DNA from: an uncultured Chloroflexia bacterium
GTDB taxonomy: Bacteria > Chloroflexota > Limnocylindria > Limnocylindrales > CSP1-4
Length of the DNA: 64,000 nucleotides
Direction: 5' to 3'
Assembly (NCBI GenBank): GCA_963779315.1
Contig: CAVZXQ010000003.1
Coordinates: 85,482-149,481 of the forward strand
Position numbers and translations under genes: made by a program. Below are positions 1 to 11,305 of this stretch, in pieces. The notes below the pieces were generated by a model. It saw only the letters and a list, made by a program, of their open reading frames with translations, had not been told where the DNA came from and did no database searches. Position 1 is the first letter of the stretch. Each line of letters begins with the position of its first letter.

Positions 1-1598
1 CGAGGTGCTGCTCGTCGCCGGCCCGTCGGGCTGCGGCAAGAGCACCCTCATCCGGGCCATCAACGGCCTGATCCCGCACGCCTATCCAGGTGAGCTCGCC
101 GGCGCGGTCCGGATCGCCGGGCGCTCGACCACCGAGCATGCGCCTGCGCGACATCGCGCGGATCGTCGGCACGGTCCTCCAGGATCCGGCCAAGCAGATC
201 GTGGGCGCGACGGTCGAGGCGGAGCTCGCCTTCGGGCCGGAGAACCTGGGCGATCGAGCGCGCCGAGATCCGCGACCGGATCGGCGACGGTCGTGGATCG
301 CAGGCCGGCATCGAGCCCCTGGCTGGGCGGGAGACCGCGGCACTGTCCGGCGGCGAGCGCCAGCTCCTGGCGATCGGCGGGATCCTGATGCTGCGAGCCG
401 CGGCTGTACGTCGTGGACGAGCCGCTCGCCAACCTCGACCCGGCGACGGCGTCCCGGCTCCTCGCGATGCTGCGCGACCTGGCCGACGAGGGCGACGCGG
501 TGCGTGATCGTCGAGCATCGCGTCGAGGAGGCGCTCGAGCTGCGGCCGGATCGCGTGCTCTACCTGGAGGACGGGCGCGACCCGCTACCTCGGCGCCGCT
601 GGAGGCTTCCTGGCGGTCGCCGATCCGGGCGCGGTCAAGCTGCCGTTCGAGGTCGTCCTCGAGCGGGTCCGCGCCGAGCCGGACCGTCGGACCGGCGCCC
701 GACCGCGCCGGCGCCGCCTCGGAGTCCGCCGCCGGTCGCCGCGCGGAGCCGTGCCGCCGCGCCTCGAGTTCCGCGGCGGTCCACGCCGGCATCGGCGACC
801 ACGAGCGTGCTGCACGGCGATCGACGCGCGGCTTCGGGCGGCGCGAGGTCGTGGCCGTCCTCGGCCCGAACGGCTCGGGCAAGACGACCGCTCTTCCGGA
901 CGGCGATGCGCTGCTGCCGATCGACGGCGGCGACGATCCTGGTCGATGGCGCAGGACCGGCCGACCGACGCACGACCTCGGAGCTGGCGACCGATCTTCG
1001 GCTACGTCTTCCAGAGCCCCAGCCAGATGCTCTTCGCCCGGACGGTCCGCGAGGAGCTCGCTCTTCGGGCCCGCGGAACCTCGGTCGCGATGCCGGGACC
1101 TTCGATGAGCTCGATCGCCGACTGCCTGCGCGCGGACCGCGCTCGATCAGCTCGAGGACATCCTCGAGCGGCCGCCGCTGACCCTCTCGTTCGGCCAGCA
1201 GAAACGGCTCGCCCTGGCCATCGCCCTGGCCCTCCAGCCGCCGACGCTGATCCTGGACGAGCCGTCGGCCGGGCAGGATCACCGCACCGCCGAGGCGTTC
1301 ATGCGCGAGGTCGTGGCGATCCCCGGCCTCGAGAGCATCTACCTCGTCACGCACGACGTGGACCTTGCATTGACGCACGCAGACCGTATCCTGCTGTTCA
1401 GGGACGGTCAGGTCGTCGCCGACGGGCCGCCCGATGGAGGTCATCGAGGACGAATCGATCGCTGGAGCGCATGCAACCTGCGTCCCGACCTCGCTGATGC
1501 GCGGCCAACGCCCGTCATGGCGAGCCGCGGAGGACGGGTTCCTCGATGCCGAAACGCTCGCTGCCCGGGTCGCCCAGGCGCGACTCGCGTCCCGCTGA
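1..1598 (+). pseudogene. Fused double-ATPase (A-A') component of an ECF-type ABC transporter; 5' end outside window; frame broken many times as sequenced
   Basis: Walker [10 protein letters not shown] (ORF 5..388), [24 protein letters not shown] (ORF 90..1181), signature LSGGERQ (~346), Walker B VDEPLANLD (ORF 413..1108), second Walker A GPNGSGKTT (~855), FGYVFQSPSQMLF (ORF 751..1497), second Walker B LILDEPSAGQD (~1245), H-loop IYLVTHDVD (ORF 1301..1684). Pieces occupy all three + frames. Probable stop TGA 1596..1598. Confidence 0.75.
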
Positions 1599-1680
1599 TC
1601 GAGCAGAAGGAGGATCGGGCGTCGACCGACACTGACAGCCGTTCGAGTGAGGGAGCTAGCGCCATGTTGGAGGGTCACGC

Positions 1681-2254
1681 ATGACCTCTATGTCCGTGCT
1701 CGCGATCCGACTCTGGGAGGTCACGTCGCGAACCATCGTCTACGCCGCCATCGGTGCCGCGCTGTACGGGATCCTGCTCGTCATCCAGATCCCGATCCCC
1801 GGGACCAAGGATGTCAGCGTGCGGCCGGCGTTCGCGCTCGTGCCGTTCTTCGGCTATGCCTTCGGCCCGATCGTCGGCTTCTTCACCGGTCTCGTCGGCA
1901 ACGCGATCGGCGACCAGATCTCCGGCTGGGGCGCGCTGACGTCCTGGAACTGGAGCATCGCCAACGGGCTCGTCGGCTTCATCGCCGGCCTGGCGCCGCT
2001 GTACCTCGCCTCGATGATGGACGGCACGCCTCGGCCGGAAGGCCGCGGCGGGTGCGATCGCCGGCGTCGGTCGGTGTCGTCGTCGGGTTCCTGTTCGTCT
2101 TCACCGACATGTTCATCGCGCGGCTACGACTTCAATACGGTCCTCACCACGGAGTACATCCCGGTGATCGTGCCCGAACCTCATCTCCACGATCATCCTG
2201 GTGCCCATCCTCGTCTATGCCTGGGAGCCGGTGAAGGAACGACTGGGCCGCTGA
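1681..2254 (+). pseudogene. ECF transporter substrate-capture (S) component, frame broken at least twice
   Basis: ATG 1681 opens a polytopic hydrophobic protein (IVYAAIGAALYGILLVIQIP, FALVPFFGYAFGPIVGFFTGLVGNAIGD, NWSIANGLVGFIAGLAPLY). Continuation VGVVVGFLFVFTDMFI lies in the ORF 1647..2234 frame. The C-terminus ILVPILVYAWEPVKERLGR-stop (TGA 2252..2254) is in the third frame. Located between the ATPase and T genes. Confidence 0.55.
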
Positions 2255-2279
2255 GTCGGCCGAAGGCGCCGGTTCGCCC

Positions 2280-3138
2280 ATGAACTACGCGCCCCGATAC
2301 CTCGGCCGGGGGTCGTGGCTCGCCCGCCGCGACCCCCGCGTCCTTGTCCTGGCCATCGCCTGCTTCGTCTTCAGCATCATCCAGGTCTGGGACGGGCGAC
2401 TCGTCTTCCTCCTCCTGGTCCTGGCCTTCGTCTACTACGGTTCGGCCGGTATCCCGTTCCAGGACGTCAAGCGGAACTGGATCTTCGTCACGGTCTTCGT
2501 CGTCGATCCTGGTGACGTTCAACACGCTGATCACCGGCGGCCAGGTCCCCGGGATCCCGAGCGACGAGCTGGACGTCATCACGACCGTGCCGCTGCTGGG
2601 GACGCCGATCTCGGCCCAGTCACTCGCGTACGCCGGGACGCAGCTGATGCGCTTCATCGCGATGGCGGCCGTCGGCTTCCCGCTGGCGTTCGCGATGGCC
2701 CCGGCGGATTTCGGGGTCACCTTCCGACGGCTCGGCGTGCCGGACAAGTTCGCCTACGGGCTGGACCTGACGTTCCGGTTCCTGCCGTCGTTCGGGCACG
2801 ACATGCAGATGACCATCGACGCGCAGCGGATCCGCGGCTTCGACTGGGAGGCCGGCAAGGCCGGACCGATCGGACGCCTGCGGCGCACGATCCCGATCAT
2901 GGTCCCGACCGTCATCAACGCGATCGCCGGGGCCGAGGACACGATCGACGCGATGGACCTGCGCGGCTTCGGCACCGGCCCGCGGACCTGGCTCGGCATC
3001 TCCGCTACGACCGCCTTGACCGGCTGATCGTCTTCGGATTCGTGCGTGCTCCTGGTCGCCTGTACCGTCGCCGGCTTCATCTCGACCTCGTCGGAGCTGT
3101 GGACGCCGCCCTTCCTGATCGATCTCGCCGACGGTTGA
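2280..3138 (+). pseudogene. ECF transporter transmembrane (T) component EcfT-like, frame broken
   Basis: Start MNYAPRYLGRGSWLARRDPRVLVLAIACFVF (ORF 2280..). Body in ORF 2344..3027 (FRRLGVPDKFAYGLDLTFRFLPSF, DAQRIRGF Arg-Gly coupling-helix region, IPIMVPTVINAI). C-terminus LLVACTVAGFISTSSELWTPPFLIDLADG-stop (TGA 3136..3138) follows two compensating frame changes near 3000-3045. Confidence 0.7.
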
Positions 3139-3167
3139 AGCCGGCACGCGCGGCCTACGCGCGCTCG

Positions 3168-3907
3168 CTACGCGGACCGTGCTGCGGCGGCTCGACGAAT
3201 GCCGCGAACAGTCGCTCGAAGGTCGCGCGGCGTCGATTCGGTCCGCTCCGGGTGGCACTGGACGCCGATGACGAAGCGGCCGTCGGCGGCCTCGAGGCCC
3301 TCGATCAGCGGGCCGGCCGAGCTGTCCGCCCAGGCGGATGCCACGAGTCCTGGCGCCAGGTCGCGCGGCCGGATGCCCTGGTGGTGGTAGGAGTTGACGA
3401 CGAGCGGGCCGTCCGAACCGACGAAGCCCGCGAGCGTGCTCCCGGCCTCCAGCCGCAGGGGATGGGTGGCCGCCGGTCCGTGGCCCCACCTCGCGCCGTT
3501 GTGGCCCTCGACGTGCTGCAGGAGCGTGCCGCCGCTGAAGACGTTGATCGCCTGGAGGCCGCGGCAGAGCCCCAGTACCGGCACGGAACGGGCGACCGCC
3601 GCGGACCAGGCTTCCGCCTCGAGGGCATCGCGGTCGGGCTCGATGGCCGCCGATCCCGTGAGCGCCCGACCGTACCGGGCCGGATCAAGGTCGGGGCCGC
3701 CGCTGAGCAGCAGGCCGTCCATGGTCGCGAACGCGGCCGCGCGCGACCTCGGCGGACGACGTGGCATCGAGGACGACCGGCATCCGCGCCGTGGCGCGCG
3801 ACCGCCTCCGCATACAGGGCGTTCTTGCGGCCGGCGATCGCCGGATCCGTCTGGGCGGCCGCGACGGCAACGGTCACCACGATCCGAGGGCGCTCGCGCC
3901 GTTTCAT
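3168..3907 (-). CDS. Class I glutamine amidotransferase, peptidase C26 / gamma-glutamyl-GABA hydrolase-like (one frame change near 3770)
   Basis: ORF 3168..3914 carries the nucleophile context VLGLCRGLQAINV and the His/Glu context GVQCHPERT. The N-terminus MKRRERPRIVVTVAVAAAQTDP is in the ORF 3305..3907 frame. Confidence 0.75.
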
Positions 3908-3936
3908 CGATCACGCGAGCGAGGATAGCTCGGCAG

Positions 3937-4363
3937 TCAGGTCACCGGGCGAGGCGCTCGCGACCGGCACGGCGCTGCGGAGCGTGGCGGCAGGTCCTCC
4001 GGATCGACTTCCGCGGACGGGATCAGGACCAGCGTCCAGCCGACCTTGATCGTGTTCGGGTCGTATCGGCTCGACTCCGGATCCAGCGACGGGTACGTCG
4101 CGCGGTTCCAGTAGGCGAGGCTCTGGGCGCTCGTGCCGAAGCCGGCGGCGATGGACGAAAGCGTGTCGCCCGCGGCGACGATGTAGGCCAGGAACGTCGG
4201 CAGCGGGGTCGGCGTCGGGCGGACGAACGAGGGACTCGGCGTCGCCGTCGGCGCCGGAACGGCGGTCGGCGCCGGGGTCGGTTCGAGCGCCGACAGGTCG
4301 CACGCCGGCGATCGACAGGCAGATCGCGAGCAGGAGCGAGGGTGCGGCCGGAGGTCGTGTCAT
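3937..4363 (-). CDS. Secreted LysM-domain protein (frame change near 4300)
   Basis: Signal-like N-terminus MTRPPAAPSLLLAICLSIAG (ORF 3911..4363). My own translation of the minus strand 4190..3937 gives AYIVAAGDTLSSIAAGFGTSAQSLAYWNRATYPSLDPESSRYDPNTIKVGWTLVLIP, a LysM fold signature, ending at TGA (complement 3937..3939). Confidence 0.5.
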
Positions 4364-4408
4364 GCGCGTCGATGGTGACGCATGCCCGGCCGGGACCGTG
4401 ACGGGCGG

Positions 4409-7321
4409 TCAGGCGGGGAGCGTCGTCGTCGGGTCGATCGGCGTCGGCTCCTGCAGCGAGAATGCGTTCGACAGGGCCAGCCCCTCGGCGGCCGTGACGA
4501 CCCGGTCGCGGCCGTTGTGCTTGGCCACGAAGCACGCCCGGTCCGCCGCCAGCAGCACGTCGGTCGCCATCGGTCCATCGGCCGGGAACGTCGCGACGCC
4601 GACCGACGCCGTGATCGACCCGTGGATGGCCCCGACCGCGAGGCGAGCTCGTTCGGCGACCTGGGCGGCACCGGCCGCATCCGTGCCCGGCAGCAGGAAC
4701 GCGAACTCGTCACCGCCGTAGCGGAAGATCAGGTCACTGTCGCGACCGGCCTGACGCAGCCTTGCCGCGATCGATCGCAGGACCTCGTCGCCGGCCTGAT
4801 GGCCGAGCGAGTTGTTGACGTCGCGGAAGTCGTCGAGGTCCAGCATGATCAGGCTGAACGTCGAGCCTTCGCGCACGCTCCGCTCCAGCCACTCCGCGAA
4901 TGTGCCGTGGTTGAGCAGGCCGGTCAGGTCGTCCGTGCTGGCGCGGATCTCGACGGCCTGGAACACCTCGGCGTTCTGGAGGGCGATGGACACCTGGGCC
5001 GCGAAGAGCTGGACCAGGTCGAAGTCATCGCCGGAGAAGGTGTCGCCCAGGCCGAGTCGCTCGATCGTGAGGACGCCGATGGCTCCGTGTCGCCCCCGCA
5101 GCGGGACGACGATCAGGCTGCCGTCAGACGACCCGTCGGCCTCCCGGAAGTGGTTCACCCGAGCGTCGTGCCGCTCGTCCTCGATCAGGGCCGCCTCGTT
5201 GTGCTCGACGACCCAGGTCGCGATGCCCGACTCGCCCGGGAGCCACGGTTCAAGGTAGTAGGCGGCATGGACCCCGCGCGCCGTCAGTGGCGTGAGCAGC
5301 CCGGAGACGGGATCCACGACCTCGATGGCGATGTTGTCGCACGCGATCAGGCTTCCAAGGCGCTCGGTGATCGCCTCGAGGACCGCGCGGGCATCGAAGG
5401 TGGTGAGGATCTCCTCGGTGATCTGCAGCAGTTCGCGCTGGCTGCGCACCTGGCGCCCAGGGCCGCCGTCTGCTCCATGAGCCGCTCGGTGGTCTCGGCG
5501 TTGGCCATCGCCTGGGCCGCGAAGCTCGCGTAGATCACCAGCAGGCGAAGATCGTCATCGCGGAACTGGTGGAGGCCGAGCTTCGAGAGGACGAGGACCC
5601 CGAGGACCTGGTCCTCGAAGGTCATCGGGGCAAGGAGCATCGACTCGTCCAGGTCGTCCTCGGTCCCCGGGATCGTGTTGGCGCGCGGGTCCGTTGGCGG
5701 CGTCGTGCAGGATCGCGGCGACCCGATTGGCGGCCACCCAGCCGGTGATCCCCTCACCCAGCTTCACCCGGAGCTGGTCCGGCGTCTCGTCCTCGTACTC
5801 GCCGATCTGCCCCTGCATCGCGACCGGGATGAGATCGTCGCCGACGAGCCGGTAGACACGGACGTTGTGGTAGTCGATGAGCTCGCGCAGCTCGGTCGCG
5901 ATGGCCAGGCCGATGTCGCCGACGCTGGTCAGCCGGTTCAGGCGGGCACCCAGCTGCTGGATGGACTGCAGCTGGGCGGCCCACGTCTCCATCCGCTCGA
6001 AGTCCTGGGCCGTCCGGATCGCGACGCTCGGCCTGGGCGGCCAGGGCGGCCACGGTCCGGAGTTCGTCCGGGGTCCAGGCGTGCGGCCGATCGTGATGGA
6101 TCTCGATGAACCCCAGGGTCTCGCGGCCGTCGAGGAGCGGGGCCGCGCAGACGGTATCGAACCCCTCCTGGACGACGGCCGCCCGGACGTCCTGTCCGCG
6201 CGGGTCCTCGCGGTAGTCGGTGGCGAAGAGCGGCCGCCCGGCGGCGATGGCGGCGGCCGGCAGCGACCGGTCCGGCAGGTCGCGGACACTGCCCAGATAG
6301 GCTGCCGACAGGCCTCGGCTGATCTCGGCCACCGCGTGCCCATCCGGATGACGCAGGAAGACGGCGGCTCGGTCGCCCTCGAACAGGACCATCGCGTGGT
6401 CCACCAGGCCCGACATGATCCCGTCGAGGTCCAGGTGGTTGCCGATGTCGCTGGCCACGCGGCGCAATGCCTCGGCACGGTGGAGCTGCTGACTGAGCTT
6501 CCTCACGCCGGTCCGCGACGGCGATCAGCGTGCCGAGGCAGACCGCGAGGAGGCTCAGTGCCCCTGGATCGTGTCCGCCCGCGCTCCATCCGCTATCGGG
6601 CACGATGTGGAGGACTCCCCATGGGCCGTCCGCCCCGGGGATCGCCGCGGCGTGCTCCGTTCGCGCCCCGGAGGTCGCTCCAAGCGGACTCGGGCGGGCC
6701 GATGTCGTGGCGACCTCCCGTCCGCCCGCATCGAGGGCCGCTCCGAGGAGGCCATAGCCCATCGGCACGTCCACGAGCCTGGCGGGACCGGCTCCCGGCG
6801 CGTGGGCGTCGACCCGAGGGATGAGCCGGCCATCGCGCAGTCGCCAGACGACCACGAGGCGGTGGTCATAGCCGTCCCGGATGATCGAAACCGCGGACGC
6901 CAGATCGTCGTCGAGATCGTCGCCGCGACCGGCCAGCCGCGTGAGTCGATCCACGACCTCGAGATCGAGCGCGTGGCGCTCGCTCTCGAGCGGGTCGGCC
7001 GGAGCGCGGACCTGACCGACGCGCAGTGCCCCGGCGACGGCGGCCACCGGTCCGGTCCGCGTCGTCGTGGCCGCCGCCGGCCACGCCGATGTCATGCCGT
7101 GCTCGTCCGCCGTCGACGGTGTCGATCTCGGCGGCGGCGAGGAACCGCTGGAGGTCGCCGAGCCGGTATCGTCGATCGCCCCGCGGATTGATCCGGTAGT
7201 AGCGCAGGCGACCGGCGTCACTCCAGGCGCGGACCGTGTTCGGGTGCACGCCAAGCAGGCGTGCCGCCTTGGTGACGGAGAGGGTCGCGTCGGTGGGTCT
7301 TGGCGGAAGGGCGGTCGTCAC
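4409..7321 (-). pseudogene. HTH(excisionase/MerR-type)-4xGAF-GGDEF diguanylate cyclase, about 970 aa, roughly five frame changes as sequenced
   Basis: GTG 7321 followed by LSVTKAARLLGVHPNTVRAWSDAGRLRYYRINPRGDRRYRLGDLQRFL (ORF 6866..7321). GAF-like segments lie in ORFs 5938..7254, 5754..6506, 5555..6478, 5347..5757 and the first half of 4409..5449. GGDEF domain with LTGLLNHGTF, RYGGDEFAFLLPG and an RDSD I-site five residues upstream (ORF 4409..5449). Confidence 0.8.
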
Positions 7322-7355
7322 GGCTCATGGAGGAAATGTGAACTCTGATACCCTG

Positions 7356-7383
7356 AGCCTACCGTTCTCACAGTTCTTGCCAA
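7356..7383 (-). promoter_or_regulatory. Candidate sigma-70-type promoter for the HTH-GAF-GGDEF gene
   Basis: On the minus strand: TTGGCA (7383..7378), 16-nt spacer, TAGGCT (7361..7356). It lies in the only AT-richer stretch upstream of GTG 7321. Motif match only. Confidence 0.25.
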
Positions 7384-7507
7384 TAGTCCGAAGGTCCGGT
7401 GCGACGAGGCGCCGGTCCCGTGCGTGAAGTCTCAGTCCCAGCCCGTACAGCCAACTCCGGGAGCACTCGCCATTCCCACAACGCGACAGCGTTCCCGGAC
7501 CAGACCG

Positions 7508-8706
7508 TCAAGGCGATTTGGCGAGTTGCATCAGAAAGCCGGCGACCGTCCTGGTGTCGACCCCGTCCGTACTTCGATTGGCCAGCACCGCGAAGGCGAC
7601 GCCACTCTCAGGCAGGCACCCCGCCATGGCGTTGCCATCGGTGTCCGAACCGCCATGTCCCACCACGCCGGAGATGTTCCAGTCGTTGCCGATGCCCAGT
7701 CCGTACCAGTCCGTCGTCGGCATCATCTCGGTCACCGACGCCTGAGAGACGATCTCGCCGGCGCAGAAGGCGCGCCACCAGCGCGCCAGCGAAACCGAGT
7801 CCGACGCCATCGCCGCCGCCGCCCCGTCGGACGTCAGGGCGTAGGACGGCAGGAAGCCACCCATCGACTCGAGCACCTCGGTCGACTGTCCTTTCTCGAT
7901 GGCGATCGGCTCGGTGGGGATCTCATCCGGTTGGTAGATGAGGCGCTCCACGCCGTCGATGCCGAGCACGCCGTCGCGCAGCACCTTGGCCACCGACCGC
8001 CCGGTCACCTCCTCGATCACCATGCCGAGCAACAGGTAGTTGGTGTTCGCGTACTCGGACTCCACCCCGACCGGCTTCCGTTGAGCGGGGATCGCCGCCA
8101 GCAGCTCGGCCGGCTTCCAGAACCGCAGGGGATCGGCGGTGAGGTCGACGGCCCCCACATAGTCCGGGATGCCGCTGCGGTGGCCAAGCAGGTGGCGGAT
8201 CGTGGCACCGTTCGTGTCGAACTCGATGTCCGACGGAAGGTGATCCGCGACCGGGTCATCGAGGCCGAGCTTGCCGGCTTCGACCAGCTGCATCACCTGG
8301 GTAGCGGTCACCGCCTTGGTGATGCTCGCGATCGAGAACTGCGTGTCGACCGTGACGTCTCGATCGCCGGCAGCCTTGCCGGTCGCCCCGCTCCACGTGC
8401 CGTGGGGCGAGATGATCGTTGCCGATACCCCGGCTTCGCCGGCCACCGGTCCAGGGTCGCCTGAAGTTCTGCGGCGAGCTCGACTGGGACCGGGTCATCG
8501 GTGAGGGCAGCGAACGCCTCGGTCGGGAACGGTGCGGCCGACGGGCTGGGCAGGTCGGCCGATGGGAGGACTTGCCGTCGCGACGGGAGCCGTCGCTGAT
8601 CGGCGGGTGTGGCAGTCGCTGGTTGCATGGGGGCATCCGAAGGGGCTGCCCCGCCACAGCCGATGACGAGGAGCGCGACGCATATCTGAAGCAGCTTGCG
8701 CATCAC
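7508..8706 (-). CDS. Serine hydrolase / beta-lactamase-family lipoprotein (one frame change near 8445)
   Basis: SxxK motif FSIASITKAVTA, YANTNY (YxN) and HGG in ORF 7508..8446. The lipoprotein signal MMRKLLQICVALLVIGCGG is in ORF 8308..8706. Confidence 0.75.
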
Positions 8707-8755
8707 GAAGCCTCCGACGGGTTCTTGGTACCCACGCCGGGGTGGACCTACGGAC

Positions 8756-9511
8756 CTATGGACCGGTTTCGAACTGCAAGCTCTCGACGATCGGCATCGC
8801 CTCGACGAGGAACGCCTCGTGACCGGCCGAGTGCCTCGAGCCCACGGCGATCGCGATGACGCCGTGATCGGGCGTGTCGAGATAGGTCACCCGATTCCGG
8901 GCGTCCCCGAGGTCAGATGTCGGCGTGCCATCGGGACAGTCCTCCTTCCAGCCGGGATCGAGCCGAACGTCGACCTGCTTGCCGATGAGGCCGCCGATCG
9001 TGACATCGATCGGCTCGGACACCGCAAGGGCATCGCTGGCTACCAGGGATGCGACCCGCTCGGCAGCTGTCCCACGACTCGCCTCCCACGCCTCGCAGAG
9101 GAAATACGGGCTATCGACCGAAACCATGGAGATGCCTTGGGCCGTTTCGCCGGACAGGGAGTACTCGGCCTCGTTGGCGGGCGTGTCCGGGAACAGCTCG
9201 TAGACGATCGAAAGGTCAACGTCATTGACCCACCCCTCCGGGACGGCGAACGTGGAGCCGGGCATGAAGGACCGGGTCGTCTGCCTGCCGGTGGGCAGGA
9301 TCCCCGCTGCGTCACGGTCTCCGGTGTACCACGCGGGGTACGCGGCGCTCGTGGACGGCGACGCCGACGGCGCGGTAGATGCTTCAGCCGAAGCCGACAC
9401 CGACGGCGCGGGCGAGGCAGCGGCCTGCGATGGTGCCGTGCTCGGAGCGGCTGCGCTGCAGCCGGCCAGGATGCTGACGATGATCGAGGTACAGAGGACC
9501 GATCGCTTCAC
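8756..9511 (-). CDS. Lipoprotein of unknown function (shares an ectodomain with the 9574..11305 protein)
   Basis: Lipobox MKRSVLCTSIIVSILAGCS, Ala/Ser/Pro-rich linker, intact 251-aa ORF. C-terminal module has DVTIGG ... C ... IVESLQF. Confidence 0.6.
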   Translation of the reverse strand: MKRSVLCTSIIVSILAGCSAAAPSTAPSQAAASPAPSVSASAEASTAPSASPSTSAAYPAWYTGDRDAAGILPTGRQTTRSFMPGSTFAVPEGWVNDVDLSIVYELFPDTPANEAEYSLSGETAQGISMVSVDSPYFLCEAWEASRGTAAERVASLVASDALAVSEPIDVTIGGLIGKQVDVRLDPGWKEDCPDGTPTSDLGDARNRVTYLDTPDHGVIAIAVGSRHSAGHEAFLVEAMPIVESLQFETGP

Positions 9512-9573
9512 CGAAGTCTCCCCAAGGCAGGACGACGCTGAACGAACACGGAATCGCTACAGCATGTGGCGCA

Positions 9574-11305
9574 TCACGGCGCCTCCTCCGGCCGGAGATC
9601 GATCGTGGCGATCCAGGCGTCGAACCATGCCCTGTCACGGCTTGACTGGCCCGGGCCGATGAAGAGGTAGAGCCGCCCGCCGGCGACGACGGTCGCCTCG
9701 GTGTGGTCGCACTCCGCGATCCTGCCCGGTTGCCCATCGATCGTGATCTCTGCCTGCTGGCCGCGAGGCACACCGCAGCCGCCAGCCACCACAGGCGTGA
9801 CGTAGTCGTCGACCCATCCGTCGATCGAGACTCCGTCAGGGATCTCTGTCGACGCGCCCTCGAAGTAGGCGGCCAAGCCGGTCTCCACGCCATCGAATCT
9901 GGCGTCGAAGTTCCTGTCGTCGAGCGGCTGGTTGCCGGGATCCCAGAGCTCCGTGGCCGGTGCGAGCCCACCCCTGTCGTGATACTTGAAGGAGTAGCCG
10001 TAGCTCGGCGAGACGAAGGTCGTCGTCATGGCCGGGAAGTCGATCGCCGGGGCCGTGGCCGGAACCCCGTCCCCGAACTGCAGCGAAGCGACGATCGCAT
10101 CGAGCTCGGCGATGTTGGCTGCGGTCCCATCCTCGATCGGCGAGATCCTCGTGGCGACGACCACGGGAGCCCCATCGACGTCGACCACGTAGACCACCAT
10201 GTTCGTGTCCGGGTCGATGTTGCTCAGGCCGCGGCCCGAAGGATCACTGGGAGCCAGCGACAGGGTGCCCTCGTCGCACGTTTCCCGATCGAGATCGGCT
10301 GGGAACGAGAACTCGAACCGGCTGGCCGGGTGGCCGCCGATGGTGACATCGGTCGGTCCGATCGTCTCGTGGCCCTTCTGCGCAGCCAATGCTGCGGTCA
10401 CGGCGGCTGGGGTCGTGGCCTCCACGCCCGTGCCCTCCCACTGACATGCGTCGGAATACACCTGGCCAAGCTGCGTGGCTTCGATGCTGAGCGAACCGCC
10501 CAGGATGCACGGCGCCTTCAGCAGATAGAACGTGTCTGAACGGCCGTGCCACCCAGCTGGCACCATCGCCGTGGCCGAGATGGTCCCGGCATTCGCGCTG
10601 TAGGTGCCGCCGTCAGTCGAGAGGTCGACACAGCCAGACGAAGCCCCGCTGGGTCGGCTCGGGGCTCGGAGCCGCCACGCCCTCCCGCAGCCACACGCCA
10701 CCGAAGTTGTCGGTCAGGTCCCCGACCCGGGCATCGCGCACGAAGGTGAGGTTGCGGAGCTGCTCCTGGAGCGGGGGGCCGCTCAGGGCCTGCGGCTCGC
10801 TCCCGTCGTCGCACGTGTAGACGGGCGCCGGGATGACGAGCTTGGTGTCGCCCTCGACGGCGTCCCGGTCCCGGTCATCGTCGAGGGGGTCGATGAGCAG
10901 ACCGTGGCGATCGTGTCGGTCACGACGATCTCGACGCCACCGGCCTGCGTGGCGCGGACGGTCATCGTCTGGGTGCCGCCGTCGGGGTCGCTGGTGCTGA
11001 ACCAGGTGCCAAGGAAGGGGCTTTGGGGATCGTCGGATGGGGGTGGCCCGCCGACGGCCGGCTGATCGCTGTAGGCGTTGAGCGCCAGGGCGGCCACGGC
11101 CACGACGACGGCCGCCCCACCGAGCGACGGCCACGGATCGGGCCACATGCGCCCTCCCCAGCTGCGCGCGCCAGCCGATCTGCTGCCGGCTCACGCGCGT
11201 CCGCTCGAATGTGGCTTCCAGGACGCGGTCGGGAAGCCGTGCCGGAGCCGACTGCTCCAGCCACTCGCTGATCGATTCGTCAAACCGCTCGTTCGTGCTC
11301 ATCAT
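9574..11305 (-). pseudogene. Membrane-anchored ECF-sigma partner (candidate anti-sigma factor) with a large extracytoplasmic region; several frame changes
   Basis: ATG 11305 overlaps the sigma stop (ATGA). N-terminus MMSTNERFDESISEWLEQSAPARLPDRVLEATFERTRVSRQQIGW (ORF 10613..11635). TM helix PSLGGAAVVVAVAALALNAY (ORF 10783..11148). Ectodomain in ORF 9574..10701 (DVTIGG ... IVASLQF; ITIDGQPGRIAEC). Confidence 0.55.

Noticed and set aside
7325-7345. Mini-ORF ATGGAGGAAATGTGA (MEEM) on the + strand next to the GGDEF gene start
   Set aside because: It has four codons and no context. It is most likely a chance occurrence inside the promoter/leader region of the minus-strand gene.
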